Assembly (NCBI GenBank): GCA_964408995.1 | Contig: CAYPBP010000003.1 | Coordinates: 14,803-78,802 of the forward strand | Length of the DNA: 64,000 nt | Reading direction: 5' to 3' | Origin: an uncultured Gammaproteobacteria bacterium | GTDB taxonomy: Bacteria > Patescibacteriota > Microgenomatia > UBA12405 | Shown: positions 49,002 to 58,891 of the stretch, in pieces | Position numbering within the stretch: position 1 is the stretch's first letter | How the letters are laid out: each line of letters starts with the position of its first letter | Translations under genes and position numbers: made by a program | The notes under the pieces: model-generated | Told to the model about the DNA's origin: nothing | Database searches by the model: none | What the model saw: only the letters and a program-made list of their open reading frames with translations

Positions 49002-49907
49002 ATGAGTGCTAAAGAAAGAATTATTGCTGGAGTTATGACAGGTGCAATGGCTTTTACCATGGCTAGTTGCCAGATTGAAGGACAAGAACCAACAAATGTT
49101 AATACTACTTCTATTTCAACAGAAACTACTACAAATCCTGATTTAAAGGATGTGGCGCCAGAGAGATTGGAATTTACTAAGGATTTTTTAAATCTTTATG
49201 ATGAAAGTTCTAAAAGTGGTCATCCTGGTTTTGATAAAATTAAAGATTTTATTAGCCGAGACCAAATTATTAAATATGGCGAAACCGGAGAAACAGGTCA
49301 AAATTTATCGATAATTAAACATAATGATGGAAGTCCTGCTATAGCTTTGGTTAATTGTAGCGATAATGTGACCAATGTTTTTAAAGATATGGTTAATAAT
49401 ATGAGTGAATATGATGAAGATTTTCTTAAAATAATAACTGACAATGGTATGGTGGCTTTTATGGTTAATAGATTCCTTGATGAGGGTAATACTTTTTTCT
49501 TTAATAAGAGTGGATTAGTGGTTTCGAACTTAAAAGACCAAAATACTAAATATTTAGCTTTAGAAAGACCAGTATTGACTGAAAGTTTTGGAATTAAAAT
49601 GCATCAGATAGGTGGTGATTATAAAAAATATGCTGGTTTTATTAAAGAGCAACTATCAAGTGATTGTTGGTGGAATTTATATAAAAAAAATGGACAAAAA
49701 TTTTGTCAAGTGAATTCAGCTACTAGTTATATGGTGGCTAAAGATTTTTATGGTAAATGGTATGCTCCAGAATCTTTAAAGGATGAAAAAATACAAAATT
49801 TAATTAATGAAGCTAGAAAATTGGTTTCGCTTTTTGGGGGTAATGAAGGAGAAATTTTGAAAAATGTTGAAGATAGACCTGACTTCACTGGTGAAGAAAA
49901 TTTTTAG
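49002..49907 (+). CDS. Hypothetical lipoprotein
   Basis: Lipobox-like AFTMASC followed by a Thr-rich linker. Confidence 0.6.
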   Translation: MSAKERIIAGVMTGAMAFTMASCQIEGQEPTNVNTTSISTETTTNPDLKDVAPERLEFTKDFLNLYDESSKSGHPGFDKIKDFISRDQIIKYGETGETGQNLSIIKHNDGSPAIALVNCSDNVTNVFKDMVNNMSEYDEDFLKIITDNGMVAFMVNRFLDEGNTFFFNKSGLVVSNLKDQNTKYLALERPVLTESFGIKMHQIGGDYKKYAGFIKEQLSSDCWWNLYKKNGQKFCQVNSATSYMVAKDFYGKWYAPESLKDEKIQNLINEARKLVSLFGGNEGEILKNVEDRPDFTGEENF

Positions 49908-49950
49908 AAAATAGTTGATTTTTTCTGTTGATAGTATATAGTTTTACTAA

Positions 49951-51120
49951 ATGAATGAATCTGGTAAAAAATTTGATTGGGGTTTATGGTTGTCTTTGGT
50001 GGTGATTGTTGGTGGAATAGTTTTTTTAGTTTTCATGGGATTTAAACTTGGTATTTTTAGTAAATTTTTGAACAATTCTACAAAGCAGAATGATGTTACC
50101 ACATTGGAAACAAAATATTGTGCTTATGCCAAAAAAACTTTAGATTGGATGGATAAGAAAAGAACAGCAGATGGAAAATATGCTTTTTCTGTTGGTTGTG
50201 ATAAGGAAAAAAAAGAATGTGCTAGGTTGATTGGAATTGGACCAGTTGGACACAACGACTTGCCAATTTTGTGGTCTAGGTATAAATATTTTCTGAAAAC
50301 AAAAGATCAAAGCCAACTTTTGGTTATTAAAAAAGATATTGATATTTATTTTAAACAATTAGATTTAATGCCAATCAAAAATCTTTTTTGGAATTGTCGA
50401 ATTTTGACTGAAATGAGAGATGAAAAAATATTAGGAGTTGATTATGTTAAAAAATTAGATAGTCTTTGCAAAACTAGTCAGTATCTAGATACTGACAATG
50501 TGGTAACTGGTAATAATGAACAAAAAAAGGTAATTGTAGATTTACCTTATCTTGATGGAGGGGTTTTGTCTAATAAAGATTTAGATAAATTTAAAAAAGA
50601 TAAAAAGATTGATGGTAAATATTTTTTTCATGTGACTTATCCTAGTGACTTTGTGGCTAGATACAAAACTTGGGGTGATAAAATTGATTTGGATTTGGCT
50701 AATGCTTATTTTAATAAATTAATGATTGAATATTATTTAGGTCCTAAATATTTTTTGCCACAAGATAAATGTTTGCTAGCAATTTCTTCACTAGATTTAT
50801 ATTCAGTAAATAAAGATGAAAGATATTTGTTTTGGGCTAAAAGGATCCATCAGTATTTTTTTAAAGATATAATTGAACAAGATGCAAAAATCCCAGAATG
50901 TGCTTTGTTAAATAGAGAATTGAGTAGATATGATAGTAGCAAAGATTATAAAATAATCCAAAACCAACTGTTAGATTTTTTTATTGATAATTATTGGGAT
51001 GGAGATGATGGTAAAAATAAAATAAGTGGTGATAATGGTTTTTTTCAAATTATTAAAAACTTTGTTCCACAAAAATATTTTAAAGAAAATGCTTTAATAG
51101 TTAATCTTTTATGTCCATAA
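49951..51120 (+). CDS. Membrane-anchored hypothetical protein (possibly alpha/alpha toroid fold)
   Basis: N-terminal TM helix; LDLYSVNKDERYLFWA...YWD. Confidence 0.55.
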   Translation: MNESGKKFDWGLWLSLVVIVGGIVFLVFMGFKLGIFSKFLNNSTKQNDVTTLETKYCAYAKKTLDWMDKKRTADGKYAFSVGCDKEKKECARLIGIGPVGHNDLPILWSRYKYFLKTKDQSQLLVIKKDIDIYFKQLDLMPIKNLFWNCRILTEMRDEKILGVDYVKKLDSLCKTSQYLDTDNVVTGNNEQKKVIVDLPYLDGGVLSNKDLDKFKKDKKIDGKYFFHVTYPSDFVARYKTWGDKIDLDLANAYFNKLMIEYYLGPKYFLPQDKCLLAISSLDLYSVNKDERYLFWAKRIHQYFFKDIIEQDAKIPECALLNRELSRYDSSKDYKIIQNQLLDFFIDNYWDGDDGKNKISGDNGFFQIIKNFVPQKYFKENALIVNLLCP

Positions 51121-53615
51121 TTTTTCGAATTTTTATTGTTTTAGTTTTATTTTTAAATAGTTATAAATCTGTTATGGCTGTTGATAATTGTCAGAATTAT
51201 AGTAGCTTTAGACAATGTGTTATGGATGCAAGTTCTTGTCTAGGTTCTTGGTTTCCTGCTGGTTACAGTGATTACTGTAATAGCCATTTTTATCCTTATT
51301 CGTATTGTTGTAAAAAGGCTGATCCTCCTACTCCTACTCCTACTACTCCTACTACTCCTACTTGTTCTTCTTTAGGTGGAAGTTGTGTTAACGGTGATGG
51401 TAGTGTCTATTGTACTGGTAATGGTGGAAGTATAATAACAGGGTCGTGTTCAAGTGGTACTACTTGTTGTGACTTTTCGCAACGTACCGCTGAATGTTAT
51501 TATGACTCAGAGTGTCCTGGTGATTGTGGAAAATGTATTAAGCCTACTAGTGATCCTTATGATAATTACTGTGGAACTGAATCACCTCAAAAGGGTTGGG
51601 ATGCTATTTGTGGAACATCAAATGGTGGATCAAGTTGTTCTGCTCCAACAAGTAATAGATGTCCTTATGGAAATTTAGTCTGGATAGATAAGGTTGGTAG
51701 TGATGGTACTTTTAATTGGAGATGTGAAGGCGGTGATGGAATTTGTGGTGGAAACGCTGGAAATACTGCTTATTGTTCTTCTTATAAAATTCCCTCTTCA
51801 ATTGGTGCTAGTGGACAATGTGGTTATCCGGTTGGTGTTAATGAATGTTTTGATAGTAGGACATATCCAACTTGTAAAAATGGAAATTTAAATATCATTG
51901 ATGATGGTTCTAGTGGCGACAATTGGGTTGATTGGACTTGTTCTGGAACTGCTGGTGATTGTGGAGGAGGTAATGGAGCGACTGTTGGTTGTTCTCACCA
52001 TGTGGCATATACAGTTAATGGTGCTTGTCTTAATAATGGTGGTTGGTTTGAAGGTCAACCTCCTAACCCTTGTTCTACTGGTACTGTTACTTGGATCGAT
52101 AGTAATGCTAACCCAACAGATTATACTTATGATTGGAGTTGTAATGGTGTTTGTGGTGGAAGTAGTCCTACTTGTTATTCTCATAAAAATACTAGACCAA
52201 TTTTTCAAAATATAGCAATTAAAAATACAAGTGGAGTTAGTGTTGGTAGTGAACTGTATCAAAGTAACTACTATAATCATATTTGTGAAACAGGTTTTGG
52301 TGGAACTACAGCCAGATTTGAAGTTACTTATACTGATGCTGAAGCTGGTGGTTATCGTGGTAGTGATATTGATTGGATCAAATTACAAATTGGATCAGAA
52401 GAGTTTACTACTACTAATTATTCACGTTCTGGTCAAAATACTACAGCTATCTTTGATATTAATTTATCTCAAGTTTCTGCGCGTGATGTCCAACGTATTT
52501 GGGTTAAGGCTAAGGGTTATAATTTACCCGAGAATGGTCATATTGGAACTAATAGATATTTCAAGTTTTGGGATTGTAAGGTGGCAGTGACTGGGTCTAT
52601 TTATGACAGTAGTGGTGTTGATCCTATTAAATGTAACGTATATCCCTATCCAGGTTTTACTAAACTAATTACTTCGGCTGCTAATTTTAGAAGTTTGAGT
52701 TTTAATTCTTCTAGTGGTAATAAGGCAATGTCTGTTAGTTTTCCAAGTCCAAATTATTCCAGTGGTAGTAATAAATTGGTTTGGGGTGAAACTTACACTA
52801 GCTATTCATTCAATAGTAGTGATATATTGATGGAAGTTGACCCTAATTTTATGCACTTTAGAAGAAATGGGACATCTTGTATAGGCCCTATTTTTGAATT
52901 AAATAGAGCAAATGTTGATCCTTATGTTTCGTCAGTAGGAATTACTATTGATTTTACTGGAGTGGTTGATCAGGATCCATGGTGGAGAGTTGAAAATGGT
53001 GGAGTTTCTAGTAATATTAGAATTAATAACCGAGTACCAGTGACTTGTACGAGCAATTGTAAGGCTAGTACCACTGGTTTAGTTTCGTCTGTAAGTATTA
53101 ACAATACTGGTCGTAGTAATGATTCAGCTTTTTCTTGGCATTATAAAGGCGTAGAGGCAAAATTGGCTAATACTAATTATGGTTATGACTATTTTTATAA
53201 TAATTATTTTGTTAAAAATGGAATTGGATTGATGGCTGATAGTATGAGTGAAATTGGAACTAGTGGTGTATATTTTGTTGATGATAATTTGAATATTAAT
53301 AGTAATAATGCTATTGCTTCTAATAAATCTTTGATGATTGTTGTTAATGGTGATATTAATGTTTCGAAGGATGTTACTCAGGTTAATGGCATTTTGGTGG
53401 CTAAAAATATTGGGGCTACTGGTCTAAATAACAGTCCTTTAGTTTTTAATGGTAGTCTTTATGCTGAGAATACTATTGATTTGTCTCGCGGTTTTAAAAC
53501 CAAAAGAAATAATAATCTTAATCCAGCCGTTAGAGTTGTTTATAATCCAGCAATGATTTTCAAGCTACCACCTGAGACATCAAAAATTTTAACTAATTAT
53601 AAATGGGGAAACTAA
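51111..53615 (+). CDS. Large secreted Cys/Gly-rich protein, candidate pilus-associated adhesin
   Basis: Signal peptide, PT linker, three Cys/Trp repeats, beta-rich C-terminus. Confidence 0.7.
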   Translation: MSIIFRIFIVLVLFLNSYKSVMAVDNCQNYSSFRQCVMDASSCLGSWFPAGYSDYCNSHFYPYSYCCKKADPPTPTPTTPTTPTCSSLGGSCVNGDGSVYCTGNGGSIITGSCSSGTTCCDFSQRTAECYYDSECPGDCGKCIKPTSDPYDNYCGTESPQKGWDAICGTSNGGSSCSAPTSNRCPYGNLVWIDKVGSDGTFNWRCEGGDGICGGNAGNTAYCSSYKIPSSIGASGQCGYPVGVNECFDSRTYPTCKNGNLNIIDDGSSGDNWVDWTCSGTAGDCGGGNGATVGCSHHVAYTVNGACLNNGGWFEGQPPNPCSTGTVTWIDSNANPTDYTYDWSCNGVCGGSSPTCYSHKNTRPIFQNIAIKNTSGVSVGSELYQSNYYNHICETGFGGTTARFEVTYTDAEAGGYRGSDIDWIKLQIGSEEFTTTNYSRSGQNTTAIFDINLSQVSARDVQRIWVKAKGYNLPENGHIGTNRYFKFWDCKVAVTGSIYDSSGVDPIKCNVYPYPGFTKLITSAANFRSLSFNSSSGNKAMSVSFPSPNYSSGSNKLVWGETYTSYSFNSSDILMEVDPNFMHFRRNGTSCIGPIFELNRANVDPYVSSVGITIDFTGVVDQDPWWRVENGGVSSNIRINNRVPVTCTSNCKASTTGLVSSVSINNTGRSNDSAFSWHYKGVEAKLANTNYGYDYFYNNYFVKNGIGLMADSMSEIGTSGVYFVDDNLNINSNNAIASNKSLMIVVNGDINVSKDVTQVNGILVAKNIGATGLNNSPLVFNGSLYAENTIDLSRGFKTKRNNNLNPAVRVVYNPAMIFKLPPETSKILTNYKWGN

Positions 53616-53660
53616 ATTAGGTCGTAGATCTTAGATCGTCGATCGTAGAAAAATAAAAAA

Positions 53661-54470
53661 ATGAAAAATAAAAAAACAAACCCTCTGTCCCGACAAGTCG
53701 GGACATCTCCCTTGACAGGGCGAATTAATTCTAAAAGTGGGCAGGTGGCAGTTATTGTTTTGTTAGTTTCAGCAGTGGTTTTGACACTTGGATTATCTAC
53801 TTCTCGTAAATCAATTACTGATATTAAAGTCAATACTGATGAAGAATCATTAAAGAATGCTTTTAACATGGCTGAATCGGCTATTAATAACTATCTTGAC
53901 AGTGGTAGTCAAGTTTATACTGGCTCTGGTGATAATTATAGTGGTAATGTCACTAAAACAAATATAGGAGGTGCTAATAGTTTATCTTCTGAAGGTTTGG
54001 TTTCGCCCAACTCAAGTCAATTATTTTGGTTGGTTAACCATAATGCAAATGGTAGTATAGGGACTACTTATTATTCAGGAAATATTAATTCTATAAGTTC
54101 TAGTGAAAATAACGTGGCCTTAAAAATCGATTATTTTTATATTCAAGGTGGTGCTTATAAGGTTGATAGATATGCTTGCCAATATTTTGGTTTTAGTTCT
54201 ACTAAATCTTTAGGTTTCGATAGTCCTTGTTCTTCTTTTTCTCTAAATTATGTAAGTGGTAAAAAATCTTTATTACTTTCAATTACTCCTATTGGGTTGG
54301 CTACTAAATTAACTTTAAATGGAAGTTCTCCTTTTCCAGTTCAAGGAGAAGAATTGACTTCTGTGGGTACTGCTAATAATGGAGTTAAAACTCAAATTAA
54401 AGCTAGAAATTTGTATCAGATCCCTTCTTTTTTGACAGAAGCGGTGGTGGCTAGAAACATTATTAAGTAA
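53661..54470 (+). CDS. PilX/GspK-like minor pilin
   Basis: SG|QVAVIVLL...AFNMAESAI; element in leader at 53678-53723. Confidence 0.8.
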   Translation: MKNKKTNPLSRQVGTSPLTGRINSKSGQVAVIVLLVSAVVLTLGLSTSRKSITDIKVNTDEESLKNAFNMAESAINNYLDSGSQVYTGSGDNYSGNVTKTNIGGANSLSSEGLVSPNSSQLFWLVNHNANGSIGTTYYSGNINSISSSENNVALKIDYFYIQGGAYKVDRYACQYFGFSSTKSLGFDSPCSSFSLNYVSGKKSLLLSITPIGLATKLTLNGSSPFPVQGEELTSVGTANNGVKTQIKARNLYQIPSFLTEAVVARNIIK

Positions 54471-54510
54471 TAACTTGAGTCTATCTTAAAAAATCTATAT
54501 ACTTGATACT

Positions 54511-55536
54511 ATGAGTAGCATATTGGGAATTGATATTGGTAAAAGTACGGTAAAAATTGCCTGTATTTCTGATTACAATTCAAAAATTATTTTAGAAACA
54601 CTTGGTGAGAGTAGGATACCAAAATTTGAAAACATAGAAGATAATAATGATAAATTTCTAAATGAGGTTGGGAACATAATAAAAAAAATGCTCAATGACT
54701 TGAAAATAAAGAACAAGCAGGCAGTGGTAAGTTTGTCAGAAAATGAAGTTATTAGTCGACTGGTTAGATTACCTCCTTTAAAAGATAGTGAAATAATGGA
54801 TGCTTTAAAATTTGAGGCAGAAACTTTTATCCCTTTTCCCTTGGAAGAAGTGGCTATAGATTATGAAATAATTGAAAGAGATGATAATGGTAAATTAACT
54901 GTATTTGTAATTGCAGCTAGAAATGAATTGATTAATAGTTATATTAAATTATTTAAATCAATTGGAATAGAGTTGTTAGCATTGGAATCCCCTGCTATTT
55001 CCTTAAGAAGAGTTTTGCAATTAAATATGCCAATGGTGGAAAGGGTGGTAGTAGTTGATATAGGAGAGAAATATTCTGATATTTTTAGTATTAACAAAAA
55101 TAATGTTTATTTTGCTAGATCTTTGTCGGTTGGAGGTGAATCTTTGACTAGAGCCATTTCTTTGAACTTAAATTTGGATATGGCGTCGGCCGAGGAGTAT
55201 AAAAAAGCTTATGGTATTAAAGAAATGGAATTGGAAGGTAAAATAAGAAATTCAATTATGCCAATTTTTAATGATATAGGTGAAGAAATTAGAAAAACTT
55301 TGTCTTTGTTTGTTGAAGATGTGGGAAAGAGTGCTGATCTTTTAGTTTTGACTGGTGGTGGAGCCAATATGCCAGGTATAGCCGAAGAGTTGGCAAAAAT
55401 TTTAGGTCTAGAGGTTCAAGTTTTACAACCTTTTGCTAAAATAGATACTACCAAATCTCAATTTGGTTATAATCTAAATATAGATGGTTGTAAGTTTTCA
55501 TTAGCGGTTGGTTTGGCTTTAAGGGGTCTAGTATGA
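54511..55536 (+). CDS. pilM: Type IV pilus assembly protein PilM
   Basis: GIDIG, EAETFIPFP, VDIGE, LTGGGA, AVGLALR. Confidence 0.92.
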   Translation: MSSILGIDIGKSTVKIACISDYNSKIILETLGESRIPKFENIEDNNDKFLNEVGNIIKKMLNDLKIKNKQAVVSLSENEVISRLVRLPPLKDSEIMDALKFEAETFIPFPLEEVAIDYEIIERDDNGKLTVFVIAARNELINSYIKLFKSIGIELLALESPAISLRRVLQLNMPMVERVVVVDIGEKYSDIFSINKNNVYFARSLSVGGESLTRAISLNLNLDMASAEEYKKAYGIKEMELEGKIRNSIMPIFNDIGEEIRKTLSLFVEDVGKSADLLVLTGGGANMPGIAEELAKILGLEVQVLQPFAKIDTTKSQFGYNLNIDGCKFSLAVGLALRGLV

Positions 55537-56075
55537 AACAAGATTTAAATCTTTTACCATCGGTAGCTAAGTTTCAGGCAGCTAAGGTTAAATTAAAAAA
55601 GAAAATAATCTTTTTTAGCACTATATTTTTGGCTATTTGGGTTTTTTTATTAGTGGTGGTTTTTGTTTGGTTGGGAATAAACAATATATTACTAACCAGA
55701 GCTAAGAAAAATAATACAATGGTTTTAGATCAATACAAATCTTTGGTTACTAATGTGGTTTTATCTAAAAAAAACAAACATCAAGCTAAGATAGTAGGAA
55801 GTGTTTTAAGTAAAAGGTTTGAATATGGAGCTTCAATTGAAAAAATAATTAATTTATTTTCTGGGGCTATAATTCTTGAAGATTTTAAAATTGCAGATAA
55901 AAAACATTTTGTTTTAAATGGAAAAGTTAATGATGGATCTGAATTTATCCAAGTTGAAGAAATGATTAGGGATATTAATTTAGGATTGATGCCTGATTTT
56001 AAATCAGCCAAGTTAAGTAACATTTCTATAAAAGATAATGTTTGGATATTTGAAATGGGGGTTGATCTAATATGA
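55533..56075 (+). CDS. PilN-like protein
   Basis: LNLLP N-terminus plus TM helix, follows pilM. Confidence 0.7.
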   Translation: MKQDLNLLPSVAKFQAAKVKLKKKIIFFSTIFLAIWVFLLVVVFVWLGINNILLTRAKKNNTMVLDQYKSLVTNVVLSKKNKHQAKIVGSVLSKRFEYGASIEKIINLFSGAIILEDFKIADKKHFVLNGKVNDGSEFIQVEEMIRDINLGLMPDFKSAKLSNISIKDNVWIFEMGVDLI

Positions 56076-56842
56076 AAAAAAATAATTTTTTTGACTTAAA
56101 ATTACCAGATAAAATTTTTGGTTTAGATAAATCTTTTTTAGGTCTTTTTTTAATTCCTTTAGCTTTATTTTTATTATTTTTAATTAGTTTAAGATTAATT
56201 TTGATTCCTAAAATGAATGATATCTCCACTATTAGTGCAGAAATTAAGAGGATAAAAACTAATACTACTAAAATTAAAGAGCAAAATGCTTATTTAGCTA
56301 ACTTAGATCAAGCAGAGTTGGAAAGAAATGCAAGTTATTTAGACAGTGCTGTTTTGAAAGATAAAAAGTCTTATTTGTTGGTTGGGATAATCAGATCAGT
56401 GGCAAATCGATTTAATTATCAAATTGATAGTTTTTCTTTAACACCTGGAGAAATAAAGAGCGATGAATCTTCTAAAATTATCAAATCGGGGGATGCAATC
56501 AGATTGCCAATAAATTTAACTTTATCTGGGCCAAAAGAAGAAAGTTTAAATCTAATTTTAGAATTAGAAAAAACATTACCTATTTTATTTATTGATAAAT
56601 TTGAAAAGAAAGATTCTAAAAATTTGTCTCAAATTAGTTTGACAATTTCTTCTTATTATCTAGAGTCTAATCTAAATGTAGAAGCAAATAATATTGCCTT
56701 AAGTGATCTAATTTTATCGAAAGAAGAATTGGCTTTAATTAGTAGGATAAGTGGTTTTACTAAAATAGAAAACAATACGCTTGATGTGGGAACATCGGTA
56801 AATTTTAAAGAATACCAGAGAGAAAATCCGTTTAGTTTGTAA
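56072..56842 (+). CDS. PilO-like protein
   Basis: TM helix plus coiled coil, C-terminal RENPF, operon position. Confidence 0.65.
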   Translation: MKKNNFFDLKLPDKIFGLDKSFLGLFLIPLALFLLFLISLRLILIPKMNDISTISAEIKRIKTNTTKIKEQNAYLANLDQAELERNASYLDSAVLKDKKSYLLVGIIRSVANRFNYQIDSFSLTPGEIKSDESSKIIKSGDAIRLPINLTLSGPKEESLNLILELEKTLPILFIDKFEKKDSKNLSQISLTISSYYLESNLNVEANNIALSDLILSKEELALISRISGFTKIENNTLDVGTSVNFKEYQRENPFSL

Positions 56843-56846
56843 AAAC

Positions 56847-56900
56847 TCAATCTCCCCTTGTTGGCAAAGCCAACTTTCCCCTCTTTAACACGAGGGGAAG
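56847..56900 (+). repeat. Dispersed copy of the DUF559-array unit at the end of the pil operon
   Basis: TCAATCTCCCCTTGTTGGCAAAGCCAACTTTCCCCTCTTTAACACGAGGGGA. Confidence 0.92.
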
Positions 56901-56926
56901 ATAATTTTGATGAAATGGGGAATTTT

Positions 56927-57166
56927 TTATTCTTTAATCTTGAGTAAGAAACGGGTGGTGGGATAAGAGAGATTTAAAATAGATCGGACAGATTTGATTA
57001 TTTTTCCTTCTTTTCCAATTATTTTTCCAATTATTTCGGTTGGAGCATCAATTTCAAAAGTAATTAAACCATTATCTTGGGAATCAGTTATAACAATATC
57101 TTTGGCTTCAGTTTCAGGAATGATATTGGTAATAATGTGCTCTAGGGTATCTTTTATAGTGTTCAT
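56927..57166 (-). CDS. khpA: KH-domain RNA-binding protein
   Basis: IGKIIGKEGKII; follows rpsP. Confidence 0.85.
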   Translation of the reverse strand: MNTIKDTLEHIITNIIPETEAKDIVITDSQDNGLITFEIDAPTEIIGKIIGKEGKIIKSVRSILNLSYPTTRFLLKIKE

Positions 57167-57168
57167 GA

Positions 57169-57618
57169 TTAGGCTTCAGTTTCTTCAGTTTTAACTTCTT
57201 CAGTTGTTTCTTCTGGTTTAGTTTCTTCAGCAACTTCTTCGGTTTTAGTTTCTTCGATTATTTCTTCAGTTTTGACATCTTCGACAACTTCCTCGTTTTT
57301 GGTTTCTATAACTGCTTCAGTTTCAGTAACTTCTTCAGCTGGTTTTTCAACTTTAACTTCTTTTGGAGCTTTTACTTTTATTTTTTTAGGATATTTGTCT
57401 GGATTTAGAAGTTTATCGACACCGTCAGTGAGCTTAGCACCTTTTTTTTGCCAATCAGCTAGTTTTTCTTTGTTAATCTCTAAAGCTTTTGTTTGGGGTG
57501 TATAAAAGCCTAAATCATCGATGATTGGACCGTTTAATTTACTTCGGTCTTGAGCGATGACTATTCTATAAGTAATTTGATGGATTTTGCCACGAGGAGC
57601 AAGTTTAATTTTTAGCAT
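57169..57618 (-). CDS. rpsP: 30S ribosomal protein S16 with acidic C-terminal extension
   Basis: MLKIKL...YRIVIA...LGFYTP...WQKKGA. Confidence 0.93.
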   Translation of the reverse strand: MLKIKLAPRGKIHQITYRIVIAQDRSKLNGPIIDDLGFYTPQTKALEINKEKLADWQKKGAKLTDGVDKLLNPDKYPKKIKVKAPKEVKVEKPAEEVTETEAVIETKNEEVVEDVKTEEIIEETKTEEVAEETKPEETTEEVKTEETEA

Positions 57619-57626
57619 ATGGTGGA

Positions 57627-58328
57627 TTATACAAGATTATTAAGTATTTTGGTAGCTTTAATTGAAGCATCTTCTTCAGCTTTCTGTTTTGAGTTGCCAA
57701 TACCTGTGGCAATTAACTCTTCACCAAGGAAAACTGCGACTTCAAAATTCTTTTGATGATCTGGGCCAGATTCACCCATTGTTTGGTATTTTGGGGTGAT
57801 TCCCCTCTTTGATTGGGCTATTTCTTGAAAAACACTTTTAGGATCTTTATAGATTTTTTTAGAAGATAAATCAGAAATACTTTTGTTTAAAACTTTTTCT
57901 AAAAAGTTAAAAGCAGGAGTGGTGCCACCATCTAGATAAATTGCTCCAAGAACAGATTCAAAAGTATCGGCTAAGATCGATGGATTGTTTCTGCCACCAT
58001 GTCTTTCTTCACCTTTTGATAACAAGACAAAATCAGATAAACATATATTACTGGATATTAAGGCTAAATTTTGGGTGCAGACGATTAAAGCGCGAAGATT
58101 AGTTAAATCTCCTTCATCAAATTGAGGAAATTGATGAAATAATTTATCAGAAATCCAAAATTCAAGAATAGAGTCACCCAAAAATTCGTAGGTTTCGTTT
58201 GAAGGTAAATGTTGATCCCTGTGTTCGTTAATATAAGAACGGTGAGTTAGAGCATGCGTTAGTTTTTCTTTGTCTTTAAAAACATAACCAATTTTAGTTT
58301 GTAGTTCGTCAAGATTGTTGTTCATCAT
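57627..58328 (-). CDS. rnc: Ribonuclease III
   Basis: ALTHRS, NETYEFLGDSIL, ADTFESVLGAIYLD, dsRBD. Confidence 0.95.
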   Translation of the reverse strand: MMNNNLDELQTKIGYVFKDKEKLTHALTHRSYINEHRDQHLPSNETYEFLGDSILEFWISDKLFHQFPQFDEGDLTNLRALIVCTQNLALISSNICLSDFVLLSKGEERHGGRNNPSILADTFESVLGAIYLDGGTTPAFNFLEKVLNKSISDLSSKKIYKDPKSVFQEIAQSKRGITPKYQTMGESGPDHQKNFEVAVFLGEELIATGIGNSKQKAEEDASIKATKILNNLV

Positions 58329-58698
58329 TTATATTAACATCTAGCTTTGATTTTTTAATAACAGTGCCAATAACTCCATTAACAAAAGAGGAGCTAGTTT
58401 CAGTGCCATATTCTTTGGCAATTTCAACTGCTTCATCAATAACTACTTTTGGTGGATTTTTTTTGAGATAAAATAATTCCCAGAAAGTATAGCGCAGAAC
58501 ACTTAAATCAATTTTATTGATTTTATCTATTGGCCATTTTGGAGCACTTTCGGAAATGAGTTTGTCAATTTCTGGAACATATTTAACAATTTCATCGAAT
58601 TCTTCAGTTTTTGTTTCGATACCGCCACAGCCCCAAGCAAATAAAGCTTGGACGTTTTTAATTCTTTTTAAATGACGTGGGTCAAATTTGTTTTTCAC
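58309..58698 (-). CDS. nusB: Transcription antitermination factor NusB
   Basis: IDLSVLR, VVIDEAVEIAK, FVNGV; GTG start overlaps the rpmF stop. Confidence 0.92.
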   Translation of the reverse strand: MKNKFDPRHLKRIKNVQALFAWGCGGIETKTEEFDEIVKYVPEIDKLISESAPKWPIDKINKIDLSVLRYTFWELFYLKKNPPKVVIDEAVEIAKEYGTETSSSFVNGVIGTVIKKSKLDVNINDEQQS

Positions 58699-58847
58699 TG
58701 TTTGCAATTAGAACATTCAAAGCCAACTAACTTTGGTTGACCACAATGTTTACAATTTAGAGTTTTGGCTATTTTAGGGCCAGTTTGAGAGGCTCTTCGT
58801 TTGCCTTGTCGGCGACTAGAGGGCCAGTGTTTTGGTAATGCTGTCAT
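58695..58847 (-). CDS. rpmF: 50S ribosomal protein L32 (not in the ORF track)
   Basis: MTALPKHWPSSRRQGKRRASQTGPKIAKTLNCKHCGQPKLVGFECSNCKQ. Confidence 0.9.
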   Translation of the reverse strand: MTALPKHWPSSRRQGKRRASQTGPKIAKTLNCKHCGQPKLVGFECSNCKQ

Positions 58848-58891
58848 ATAGGTAGTATTGTACCAGAAAAACTAATGATTTTTAGGGTTGA

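Noticed and set aside
41111-54470. Diversity-generating retroelement or silent pilin cassettes
   Set aside because: No reverse transcriptase or template/variable repeat pair; all pilin genes are full length and mutually divergent
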